A stretch of 64,000 nt of DNA, from positions 64,001 to 128,000 of the forward strand of contig CAWHDT010000001.1 in NCBI GenBank assembly GCA_963828195.1, written 5' to 3'. Each line of letters opens with the position of its first letter. Position 1 is the first letter of the stretch. Under the pieces are notes generated by a model. It saw only the letters and a program-made list of their open reading frames with translations, searched no databases and was not told where the DNA came from. Positions 1 through 8,598 of the stretch are shown one piece after another. The DNA is from Candidatus Bathyarchaeota archaeon (lineage in GTDB: Archaea; Thermoproteota; Bathyarchaeia; Bathyarchaeales; Bathycorpusculaceae). Made by a program: the position numbers and the translations under genes.

Positions 1-1
1 A

Positions 2-841
2 GTATGCATGGACTGCGGTTTCGTAATAGCAGCCAAAATAACTGATCGAGGACCAGAATGGAGAGCTTTCGATGATGAGCAAAGATCAAAGCGAACCCGA
101 GTTGGAGCACCCCTAACTTACACAATCCACGACAAGGGTTTATCAACAACGATCGATTGGCATGACCGAGACATTTATGGTAAAAGTCTCTCACCTGGGC
201 AGAAAGCGCAGGTTTACCGACTTCGCAAATGGCAAAGGCGCATAAGGGTTTCAGACGCCACGGAACGCAACTTGGCATTTGCACTTTCTGAAATAACAAA
301 GATTTCTAATAATTTGAATCTTCCAAAAAATATTCTGGAAACCGCTTCAGTAATTTACCGAAAGGCAGTAAAAGAACGCCTAATTCGAGGAAGATCAATT
401 CAGGGAGTTACTTCAGCAGCGCTTTACTTAGCTTGCAGACAATGCGCGTTACCGCGAACTTTAGACGAAATTGCTCAGGCTTCAAGTGTAAACAAGAAAG
501 AAGTCGGCAGAAGCTACCGTTTCCTAATCAGAGAACTTAACTATTCAATTCCACCACTTAGACCCAGCCAGTACATAACAAAGTTTTCTAATCAACTAAC
601 AATGCAGGGAAAAGTTGAAGAAATCGCCCACAAAATCTTAGCTGCAGCAAAAGAACTTAAACTCACATCAGGCAGAGGACCAACCGGAATTGCGGCGGCA
701 GCAAGTTACGTCGCGTCTGTTTTGACTGGTGAACGGAAAACTCAGAGGGAAATCGCTGAAATTGCACAGGTGACAGAGGTTACCATTCGTAACAGATACA
801 AGGAGCTCGTTGAACGGTTAATGTTCGAAATAAGCATCTAA
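2..841 (+). CDS. tfb: Transcription initiation factor IIB (5'-truncated by window edge)
   Basis: Tail of Zn ribbon (VCMDCG), B-reader GPEWRAF, two cyclin repeats, C-terminal [12 protein letters not shown]; frame is open to position 2. Confidence 0.97.
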   Translation, partial: VCMDCGFVIAAKITDRGPEWRAFDDEQRSKRTRVGAPLTYTIHDKGLSTTIDWHDRDIYGKSLSPGQKAQVYRLRKWQRRIRVSDATERNLAFALSEITKISNNLNLPKNILETASVIYRKAVKERLIRGRSIQGVTSAALYLACRQCALPRTLDEIAQASSVNKKEVGRSYRFLIRELNYSIPPLRPSQYITKFSNQLTMQGKVEEIAHKILAAAKELKLTSGRGPTGIAAAASYVASVLTGERKTQREIAEIAQVTEVTIRNRYKELVERLMFEISI

Positions 842-875
842 AAGCTGCCTTTGTTTATTTTTAATTTCAAGCAAA

Positions 876-1163
876 GTGTTTAAAGAGATGGCTAAGTCCT
901 CCAAAAAAACTCCCGAAGAGCCAAAAATAAAAGAGTTAATTGTAAAACTTAAGGAAATACAGCTAGGGCTCAAACAAAATTTGGTTGATCTGCAGCAGAA
1001 AATAGAAACGCTTGATTCAGAGCCTGAATTGTTGACTAGCTTGGAGAACGCCAAAAAAGACGCAGAATCAAAAGCCATCGACCTTGAAGCTGAAGTAAAG
1101 CAGCTTCGAGAAGAGCTTAAAGCCATTAAAGATTTGTTAGGCTTAAACAGGGAGAAGAAATAA
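876..1163 (+). CDS. Small coiled-coil hypothetical protein (start may be ATG 888)
   Basis: 95-aa ORF with L/E/K heptad pattern, followed by T-rich tract. Confidence 0.7.
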   Translation: MFKEMAKSSKKTPEEPKIKELIVKLKEIQLGLKQNLVDLQQKIETLDSEPELLTSLENAKKDAESKAIDLEAEVKQLREELKAIKDLLGLNREKK

Positions 1164-1226
1164 GACTGTTAATTTATACAAAGACACAGCTATTTTTTTA
1201 AGCATCATGCCCGCTTAACTAAGTAT

Positions 1227-1841
1227 ATGCCCTATAAATTTACTTTCGACCTGTCAAAGGTCCCGCTTTTCTTCTTCACCGAAATCGCGACAGTGAGTTA
1301 CCAAAAGGGCATGCATAAAACAGTAATTAAAAAATTACAAGAAATTATTTTAAGGTTCAGAATACAAGAAGCCACAGGATTGAACCTGTCTGATTCGTTA
1401 GTTTTACTTCAAGACCTAATTGATTTGCAAGCAGTAAACATGATAGAGCGGGGCAAATTCTTGCAGACCAAGAAAAGAGCCCTCTTTCTTTCTCACTGCA
1501 CAAGAAAGTACTTGGATGGACGCTGCAAAGCAGTTTTTAACTCAGATATTCCATCCTACTCCTGCGTTCACTGCTCAAAAGACTGCTTAGTCAGCCAGTC
1601 CGACTACTTAGCTAAAGAAAAAGGGTATGACGTTTATGTGGTTCCAGGCGGCTCATGCATACCGAAAATCCTAAAGAGCACAAATTACGAAGGCGTCGTG
1701 GGAATTGCATGCGGAGAAGAAATGCGAATGCTGGAGCCGTTTCTGAACAGTTTAAACGTAGCCGGACAAGCCATACCGCTGCTAAAGAACGGCTGCGCAA
1801 ACACCGTTTTCAACATGGAGACCCTAGAGAAAACACTATAG
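1227..1841 (+). CDS. DUF116 family Cys-rich protein, paralogue 1
   Basis: LFLSHC..C..CxxC..C..GYDVYVVPGGS..GIAC..PLLKNGC pattern. Confidence 0.85.
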   Translation: MPYKFTFDLSKVPLFFFTEIATVSYQKGMHKTVIKKLQEIILRFRIQEATGLNLSDSLVLLQDLIDLQAVNMIERGKFLQTKKRALFLSHCTRKYLDGRCKAVFNSDIPSYSCVHCSKDCLVSQSDYLAKEKGYDVYVVPGGSCIPKILKSTNYEGVVGIACGEEMRMLEPFLNSLNVAGQAIPLLKNGCANTVFNMETLEKTL

Positions 1842-1929
1842 CACGCTTTGACTGCTAAAACGAAACCGCTTTTCATTATGCAGCCTGAGAGATATTCTTT
1901 TTAAGTTTGGTTCTTTATTCACTTGATTT

Positions 1930-2544
1930 ATGCCCTATAAGTTTACTTTCGACATTTCAAAAGCTCCGCAACATTTTTTCATAGAACTCGCCGTAATCGG
2001 CAACCAAATGGGCATGCAGAAGGTTTTTGAGAAAACCCTACAGGAATCAATCAAAAAATTCAGAATCCAAGAAATTACAGGACTCAACATAGAAGATACA
2101 GCGGTACTGATTCAAGATCTTCTCAAGATGCAAACTTTGAATTTAATACAGAAGCAGGAATTTCTGCATACCAAAAAAAGAGCTCTGTTCCTCCCTCATT
2201 GTAGCAGGAAATACATGGATAGTCGATGCCAAGCCGTTTTTGATACGGACTTGACTTCTTATGTTTGTGCTCACTGCTCACCCGACTGTTTGGTCAACAG
2301 AACGGAACGTATTGCCAAGGAAAAAGGGTACGACGTTTACGTTTTATCTGGAGGTTCTTGTGTGCCTAATATTTTGAAACACAAGAAGTATGAAGGTGTC
2401 GTTGGGGTCGCTTGCGGTCCAGAAGTGGTTATGTCTGGCGAAAAGTTAAGCAGTATGGGGTTAGCTTGGCAATCAGTTCCTTTGCTAAAGAACGGCTGCG
2501 CAAACACCGTTTTCAACTTGGAAACCCTAGTAAAAATCCTTTAA
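1930..2544 (+). CDS. DUF116 family Cys-rich protein, paralogue 2 (tandem duplicate)
   Basis: Same length (204 aa) and same Cys pattern as 1227-1841; identical N-terminus MPYKFTFD. Confidence 0.85.
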   Translation: MPYKFTFDISKAPQHFFIELAVIGNQMGMQKVFEKTLQESIKKFRIQEITGLNIEDTAVLIQDLLKMQTLNLIQKQEFLHTKKRALFLPHCSRKYMDSRCQAVFDTDLTSYVCAHCSPDCLVNRTERIAKEKGYDVYVLSGGSCVPNILKHKKYEGVVGVACGPEVVMSGEKLSSMGLAWQSVPLLKNGCANTVFNLETLVKIL

Positions 2545-2629
2545 CCAAGGAACAGGCTGCTTAAGTGAAAAGCTCGGCTCGGCAAAGCCTTATAATTTTA
2601 ACCAACCCAAAATAGTAGATTGATGTAAA

Positions 2630-2812
2630 TTGAAAAAAGCAAAAACCAAAAAATATTAGAGGACAGGCGAAAAATGCCCAGAGTCTGGCTTATACTCGCA
2701 TTTCTGCAAAGAGAAAGGTGAGAAGTCAAGGATTCCTTTGTCAAAAACGGAGACTTTTCCGCCGTGCAGAACCTGCGGTTCAGTTAGATGGACATTAGCG
2801 GTAGCAGCATAA
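2630..2812 (+). pseudogene. YjzC-like small four-Cys (Zn-ribbon-like) protein with in-frame TAG at 2657-2659
   Basis: Manual translation from TTG 2630: MKKAKTKKY*RTGEKCPESGLYSHFCKEKGEKSRIPLSKTETFPPCRTCGSVRWTLAVAA; TATA-like TTATAA at about 2590. Confidence 0.7.
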
Positions 2813-2985
2813 CTGACCTAAGCCGTGCGCGGTCTTACTAATTTCGGTAAAACAGCTAAACCACCATAAAAAACCTTCATTCTTACAATGGAGAAAATTT
2901 TTCTGAAAATAGGCTACCCTGCAATTTTTCTATTAATTAAAGAAGGACTGTTGATTAGAAAATGAAATGAGGAGAAGAAAACAGC

Positions 2986-3147
2986 TTACTTTACTATTTC
3001 TCGTTTCTTCCAGCGCAGGTTTTTGCCTTTGCATTTTCTGCATTTTACTGCAGTTTCAGCATTTCGTGCGCCGCAGTCTCTGCAGATCTTCATGTATAAC
3101 CTATGCTTCTGCGCAATTGCCTTCTTAACTGGGTCTAATATTGGCAT
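2986..3147 (-). CDS. rpl40e: 50S ribosomal protein L40e (not in ORF track)
   Basis: Manual translation MPILDPVKKAIAQKHRLYMKICRDCGARNAETAVKCRKCKGKNLRWKKREIVK. Confidence 0.96.
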   Translation of the reverse strand: MPILDPVKKAIAQKHRLYMKICRDCGARNAETAVKCRKCKGKNLRWKKREIVK

Positions 3148-3243
3148 TTTATTGTTAACCGTCCATTTTGGCTAAGTCTTTGATGGTTAAGTATCAAATA
3201 TACCTTTTGTCTTAACTTTGCAGTTTACAGGAAAACCCAATCG

Positions 3244-4116
3244 TTAAGACTGAAGCGCTTCCATTGACATTGCCACATCGCCAGGTTTCTCAGCCACCGT
3301 GACTCCCGCGTCTGTTAATGCTTCAATTTTGCTCTGCGCAGTTCCCTGCTTGCCCATTATTATGGCTCCCGCGTGACCCATCCGTTTGCCAACTGGAGCA
3401 AAACGACCAGCCACATAGGCTACAATCGGCTTGGGATAACGTTGACGAGTTATGTACTCTGCTGTTAGCTCTTCCATGTTGCCACCAATTTCGCCAATCA
3501 AAACAACAGCCTTAGTTCTTGCATCTGTTTTGAATAATTCTAGGGCTTCAATAAAATTTAACCCGACAACGGGGTCGCCGCCGATGCCAACGCAGGTGGA
3601 TTGACCTAAACCTTTGGCTGTGAGCCCGGCGGCTATTTCATAGGTTAAAGTTCCGCTTCTGGAAGCCACCCCAATGCTGCCCGGCGCGAAGACGTCGGCA
3701 GGCATTATTCCAAGTTTGCACACTGTCGGCGTTATGATTCCAGGGGTGTTTGGACCAATAATAGTGACCTGCGATCGGTTTGCGTAACCCATTACATTTA
3801 TCGCATCTTGTATTGGCAAATGCTCAGTAACCACTACGATTGTCTGGATTTTGTTAACGATGGCTTCCAAAACAGCGTCCTGGGCAAATGGTGCTGGGAC
3901 AAAAATTATTGAAGCGTTAGGCGAATATGCTTCGACGGTTTCTTTTACAGTGTCATAAACTGGCACTCCATTGGGTGATGTTCCTCCTTTGCCTGGAACC
4001 ACACCCGCCACTATTTTGGTTCCATAATCAAGCATTAATTTAGTGTGGTAACTGCCCTGCTTTCCAGTTACGCCCTGGACAATTGCTTTTGTGTCAGCAT
4101 TGATTAATATGCCCAT
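3244..4116 (-). CDS. sucD: Succinate--CoA ligase subunit alpha
   Basis: [26 protein letters not shown], phospho-His motif RMGHAGA. Confidence 0.96.
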   Translation of the reverse strand: MGILINADTKAIVQGVTGKQGSYHTKLMLDYGTKIVAGVVPGKGGTSPNGVPVYDTVKETVEAYSPNASIIFVPAPFAQDAVLEAIVNKIQTIVVVTEHLPIQDAINVMGYANRSQVTIIGPNTPGIITPTVCKLGIMPADVFAPGSIGVASRSGTLTYEIAAGLTAKGLGQSTCVGIGGDPVVGLNFIEALELFKTDARTKAVVLIGEIGGNMEELTAEYITRQRYPKPIVAYVAGRFAPVGKRMGHAGAIIMGKQGTAQSKIEALTDAGVTVAEKPGDVAMSMEALQS

Positions 4117-5255
4117 CAGGCTTGCGCTCCCCTTGCAATGGTAACGGCTTGTTTTGCGGCTGCTTCCATGCTGTCTAAAACTTTTATGCCTGCGTTAGCG
4201 AGAATTTTTTGGCCTTCCTGCTGGTTTGTGCCAACAAGCCTAACAACCAACGGTTTTTTAACTTTAGCCTCGTTTGCCGCCTCAACAATGCCTCGTGCAA
4301 CATCATCGCAGTGGGTTATCCCCCCAAGGACATTAACTAACACGACTTTAGAGGCGGGTTCAGCTAAAACAATCTGCAAAGCTGCCGCGATGGCTTCCAC
4401 GTTTGCTCCGCCACCTAAATCCAAAAAGTCTGCGGGTTTGCCGCCAAAGAAATTCAGCAAATCAAGCGTAGCCATAACCAAACCGGCGCCGTTACCGACC
4501 AAGCCTATGTCGCCGTCAAGTTTAACGTAAGCCAAATTATTCTTTAAAGCCAAAACATCCTCCTTCGAGAGCGCTTGGGTTTCTTTCGCCGCGTACTCTG
4601 GATGCCTGAACAGGGCGTTATCGTCAATCACCATTCGACCGTCCAGAGCAACAAAGTCACCTGATTGGGTCTCGGCTAATGGGTTAATTTCCACTAATTC
4701 AGCGTCGTTATCGACGCAAACTCTGTACAACTTTTGGATTGTGGCTGATAATTTTACGAGTTCACCGCTACTGTAACCTAGCTGTTTTGCTATTGCCAAC
4801 CCGTGGAAAGAACGTATACCCAACTGAGAATCAACCAGAGTCCGGATAATTGCTTTGGGCGCTTCAGTGGCTATTTCCTCGATTTCTTCTCCGCCTTTTT
4901 CCGAGGCTATTGCGACGTAACTTCGGTTGAAGCGGTCAATTGTGAAGCCCAAATATAATTCCTTGCGGGTTTGAATTTTTTCTTCTATTAGCACCTGGTT
5001 AACTGGCAAACCCCTTATTTGTGCCCCAAGAAGTTTAACGACGTCTTCTTCAGCTTCTTTTGCAGTTTGGGCAAACAGGATTCCGCCTGCTTTTCCCCGT
5101 CCACCAACTAAAACCTGCGCTTTCACCATGTAAGGCGGCTTAAGAGTAGCAATTGCTTCGCTTGTTTGGGCGGGGTCGCTAATTAATGAACCATTTGGAA
5201 TGGAAATACTGTGCTTTGAGAACTCTTGTTTTGCTTCGTACTCAAATAAATTCAA
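4116..5255 (-). CDS. sucC: Succinate--CoA ligase subunit beta
   Basis: LFEYEAK, KAQVLVGGRGKAGG, EINPL, GNGAGLVMAT, FLDLGGGA. Confidence 0.96.
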   Translation of the reverse strand: MNLFEYEAKQEFSKHSISIPNGSLISDPAQTSEAIATLKPPYMVKAQVLVGGRGKAGGILFAQTAKEAEEDVVKLLGAQIRGLPVNQVLIEEKIQTRKELYLGFTIDRFNRSYVAIASEKGGEEIEEIATEAPKAIIRTLVDSQLGIRSFHGLAIAKQLGYSSGELVKLSATIQKLYRVCVDNDAELVEINPLAETQSGDFVALDGRMVIDDNALFRHPEYAAKETQALSKEDVLALKNNLAYVKLDGDIGLVGNGAGLVMATLDLLNFFGGKPADFLDLGGGANVEAIAAALQIVLAEPASKVVLVNVLGGITHCDDVARGIVEAANEAKVKKPLVVRLVGTNQQEGQKILANAGIKVLDSMEAAAKQAVTIARGAQA

Positions 5256-5263
5256 AACTTTCC

Positions 5264-5731
5264 CTATTTAATTTCCTCAATCGTGACATAAGAACGTGTG
5301 TCTTCGATTCCGTCTATTCCATAGAGTTTCTTTAAAACTTCATCCAAGTTATCTCGCTCAACAATTATCAATGCATCGACTTCCCCGGCTATGCGGAAGG
5401 CTCTTGAGACTGCAAGCTCGCGAATTTGGTCATAAACGTGTATTCGCTTAATTGGTGAAACCTTAAGCAGAATAAAAGCTGGAGTAGTGGATACTCCTAG
5501 AGCGTTCAATCCTTTATCGGTAACATCTATGAAGCCTCTGCCAGTTCGGATGTAGCCTCGGTTTTTTAGTTTGCGCAAGTGCACATTCAAAGCTTGTCTG
5601 CTTACGCCCAATTGGCTTGATAATTCGTCTTGCTTAACCCTAAGAGTATAGGTGTTTGTGGATTTCCCTTTCTCATAGAGTGTTTTTAAGAGTTGGATTG
5701 AACGTTTAGTTAATGGTTCCAAATTAATCAC
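5264..5731 (-). CDS. Lrp/AsnC-type transcriptional regulator (wHTH + RAM domain)
   Basis: HTH QDELSSQLGVSRQALNVHLRKL; C-terminal FRIAGEVDALIIV...GIEDTRSYV. Confidence 0.8.
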   Translation of the reverse strand: MINLEPLTKRSIQLLKTLYEKGKSTNTYTLRVKQDELSSQLGVSRQALNVHLRKLKNRGYIRTGRGFIDVTDKGLNALGVSTTPAFILLKVSPIKRIHVYDQIRELAVSRAFRIAGEVDALIIVERDNLDEVLKKLYGIDGIEDTRSYVTIEEIK

Positions 5732-6089
5732 TTATGTGATGTTTGTTAAGTTAAACGTTTACAATGATGAGGTTGCTTAAGAATTTGGTGTTACAAACCC
5801 GTCGAAAACACGACGCAATCCATCAAAAAATTGCTTCCTCTTACAATTCAGGGCTTTTTTATTATCAAGATTCTCAATTGGCTTCTTAAAAGGCGGCTAT
5901 TGACTTTTTGCGTGCAGAGTAGAGCTTGTATTTTTAAGCAGATCTGGCGCTATATAAATAGAAACAGCAAATGATGCAACCAACTTGCATATTTCAGATA
6001 GAACATTAAACATTTACCACAATGTATTTATTTTCAGAAAAAGCTTTACTGAAGCCACTTAAAAAGTAAACTAGGAGTGAAGCGAAGAC

Positions 6090-6371
6090 GTGACTGAGGC
6101 TAGCGCTGTCTTAATCGGGAAAAAACCAGTAATGAACTATGTACTCGCATGCATCACTTTCTTTCATGGCGGAGCAAAAGAAGTAAGCATAAAGGCACGG
6201 GGAAGATCCATCAGCCGAGCAATAGATGTGGCTGAAGTTGTCAGGCACAGGTTCCTCCCAGACGCAAAAATCAAAAACATAAGCATCGGAACCGACAAAC
6301 TATTGCCACAAGACGAAGACGACTCAGCAACTGTTAACGTGAGCACAATTGAAATAACGTTAATAAGATGA
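6090..6371 (+). CDS. albA: DNA/RNA-binding protein Alba, paralogue 1
   Basis: [31 protein letters not shown]. Confidence 0.95.
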   Translation: MTEASAVLIGKKPVMNYVLACITFFHGGAKEVSIKARGRSISRAIDVAEVVRHRFLPDAKIKNISIGTDKLLPQDEDDSATVNVSTIEITLIR

Positions 6372-6395
6372 ATCATGCATTAGCCAAACTCCTAT

Positions 6396-6926
6396 TTGCA
6401 GGATAACGACACACAAATGAAAACTGAACTATGCAGTTTCTGCTTAAAAAGCGGCATTCTATGCCAAAAATGCTCGGCTAAAGTTAAAGCTGGCGAAATC
6501 AGTCAGATGGACCTAAAAATAGCCCGTTTACTGCTTTCGCTAGAAGAGAAGTATCCTTCCCTGCAAAGCGTATGTTTCTACAAGGCAATTGAGGTAGAAA
6601 AAACCTTAGCCATCATTGTCGGACATGGCGATGTACCCAGACTTTTAGGTTACAGTGGCAAAATCATCAAAGCTCTAAGCGATGAAACAGGCAAAAACGT
6701 CCGTGTATTAGAGTATGGTGTTGATGACCGCAAATTCCTCGAAGACCTTTTCATACCCTTCAGCATATTGACAATCAACACGATTTGGCTTCCAGACGGA
6801 ACAACCGAAACCAGAGTTATCCTGAAGCGGAAACGCGGCACACAGTTGCCTTTTGACCTAAAGGCTCTAAAGGAAATCGCCAGCAAAGTGCGAAAAATGT
6901 CCCTCCGTGTAGAAATCGCAGATTAA
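6396..6926 (+). CDS. Archaeal NusA-like KH-domain protein with N-terminal Cys cluster
   Basis: CSFCLKSGILCQKC; KH-like LLGYSGKIIKALS..GKNVRVLE; INTIWLPDG. Confidence 0.75.
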   Translation: MQDNDTQMKTELCSFCLKSGILCQKCSAKVKAGEISQMDLKIARLLLSLEEKYPSLQSVCFYKAIEVEKTLAIIVGHGDVPRLLGYSGKIIKALSDETGKNVRVLEYGVDDRKFLEDLFIPFSILTINTIWLPDGTTETRVILKRKRGTQLPFDLKALKEIASKVRKMSLRVEIAD

Positions 6927-6941
6927 GGATCAGCGATAAAC

Positions 6942-8261
6942 ATGAACTTGGACTCTGTCGGTGACTGGACTAGAACTCATTATACAAGCAGCGTGACGCC
7001 AGAGTTAGATGGTCAAGAAGTCACGGTTTTCGGTTGGGTTCAGGAAATCCGCGATTTAGGCGGCATCCGCTTTATCATACTTCAAGACCGAGCAGGAACC
7101 ATCCAAATAACCATTCCCAAAAAACGAATAGCCCCCGAAGTTTTAGCTAAATCAGACTTGCTGCAGAAAAGATTCAGCTTGGCAGTCAAGGGCGCGGTTA
7201 AGAAAACTAACATGACGCCAAGAGGCATAGAAATCATCCCGAGCGCCATAAAAATCTTGAACTCCGCCATTGAAGCATTACCCATCGACATTACAGGCAA
7301 AACCCCCGCCAACATTGAAGCTCGCTTAGACGCAAGAGCTTTGGATTTGACGCAGGATAAAGTGTTGGCAGCCTTCAAAATCCAGCACACAGCCCTAAAC
7401 TCAATCAGAGACTACCTCTTTGAGAAGGGATTTCTGGAAGTTCACACACCACGAATTATTGCTTCAGCCACGGAAGGCGGAGCAGAACTTTTCTCAGTTA
7501 AATATTTTGACCAAAAAGCGTACCTAGCGCAGAGTCCTCAGCTCTACAAAGAAGAATTGACGCTTAGCTTCGAGAAAGTCTTTGAGGTTGGACCTTTTTT
7601 TAGAGCGGAAGAATCGCATACCCGCAGGCACCTAAGCGAGTTCACATCCGTTGACATTGAAGAGGCTTTTGTCAACGCACAAGACGTGATGGCGCTTCTT
7701 GAGCAAGTCATCCACCATGCATGCGTCACGGTAAGAGAAAAGTGCGCCGCGGAGCTTTCGGTGCTCAAGTACAAGTTTGAGGTGCCCGAGGTTCCGTTTA
7801 AACGTTTAACCTACACCCAAGTGCTTGAGGACCTCAAAGGGCAGGGCGTAACAATTTCATGGGGCGAAGACATCCCAACTGAAGCCTTCAGGGAACTAGC
7901 CAAGCTATACCCATTCTTTTACTTCATCACTGACTGGCCCACACACGCAAAGGCTTTTTACATTAAACCGCGGGAAGACAAGCCTGAAGTTTGCGAAGGG
8001 TTCGATTTGATGTGGCGCTACATCGAGTTGGTGTCGGGCGGAACAAGAATTAGCCAAAAAGAACAGCTTATCCAAAGGATGACCGAGAAAGGATTGAATC
8101 CTGAATCGTTCAAGTACCATCTACAAGCGTTTGATTATGGAATGCCGCCTCATGCGGGCTGGGCGATTGGACTTGAAAGGTTAACGATGATTCTGACTGG
8201 GAAAAAGAACATTCGGGAAGTAACGCTGTACCCACGTGATAGAGCCAGATTAACCCCATAG
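6942..8261 (+). CDS. aspS: Aspartate--tRNA ligase, probably non-discriminating (Asp/Asn)
   Basis: GWVQEIRDLGG, LAQSPQLYK, FRAEESHTRRHLSEF, GMPPHAGWAIGLER; Gln in GWVQ and Pro in MTPRG match non-discriminating signatures. Confidence 0.96.
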   Translation: MNLDSVGDWTRTHYTSSVTPELDGQEVTVFGWVQEIRDLGGIRFIILQDRAGTIQITIPKKRIAPEVLAKSDLLQKRFSLAVKGAVKKTNMTPRGIEIIPSAIKILNSAIEALPIDITGKTPANIEARLDARALDLTQDKVLAAFKIQHTALNSIRDYLFEKGFLEVHTPRIIASATEGGAELFSVKYFDQKAYLAQSPQLYKEELTLSFEKVFEVGPFFRAEESHTRRHLSEFTSVDIEEAFVNAQDVMALLEQVIHHACVTVREKCAAELSVLKYKFEVPEVPFKRLTYTQVLEDLKGQGVTISWGEDIPTEAFRELAKLYPFFYFITDWPTHAKAFYIKPREDKPEVCEGFDLMWRYIELVSGGTRISQKEQLIQRMTEKGLNPESFKYHLQAFDYGMPPHAGWAIGLERLTMILTGKKNIREVTLYPRDRARLTP

Positions 8262-8333
8262 GGCGAATTTTCCCACTATTTCTAACAAAAGCGTCAAGTT
8301 TACTTGCAGTTAAGAAGGGGCTTTAATTTTGTC

Positions 8334-8375
8334 AAAAGAAGAAGAAGACTGGAAAAACAATTTTTCTTCTTCTTC
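8334..8375 (+). repeat. Dispersed 42-bp palindromic element, copy A
   Basis: AAAAGAAGAAGAAG-AC-TGGAAAAA-CAA-TTTTTCTTCTTCTTC; 37/42 identical to reverse complement of 43542-43583. Confidence 0.75.
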
Positions 8376-8598
8376 TTCCAATTCAGTGAACATTTTCAAA
8401 AGAACAACAACACCCGGAAAACAAATGGTGTTCTTCTTTTTGGGGCAGCTGTAAGAATTTGTTTTTTGTCCAGTGTTGTCTGGTGTTTTATACCATTGGG
8501 TATAATACCTTGCGGTCTAACATCGCCGGGTAGCATTTTTCAACCCGGCAAAGTGGCAAAATTAATCATAAGAGCTGCTTAAAGAAAAAGCCAAGAGC

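Noticed and set aside
2640-2880. Possible RNase P or SRP RNA in the apparently empty spacer
   Set aside because: No RNase P P4 or SRP consensus was recognisable; the stretch is better explained by the YjzC-like reading frame.
8304-8582. 92-aa ORF with poly-Phe, and similar ORFs at 37011-37250 and 57737-57973
   Set aside because: They are translations of low-complexity repeat DNA with implausible composition.
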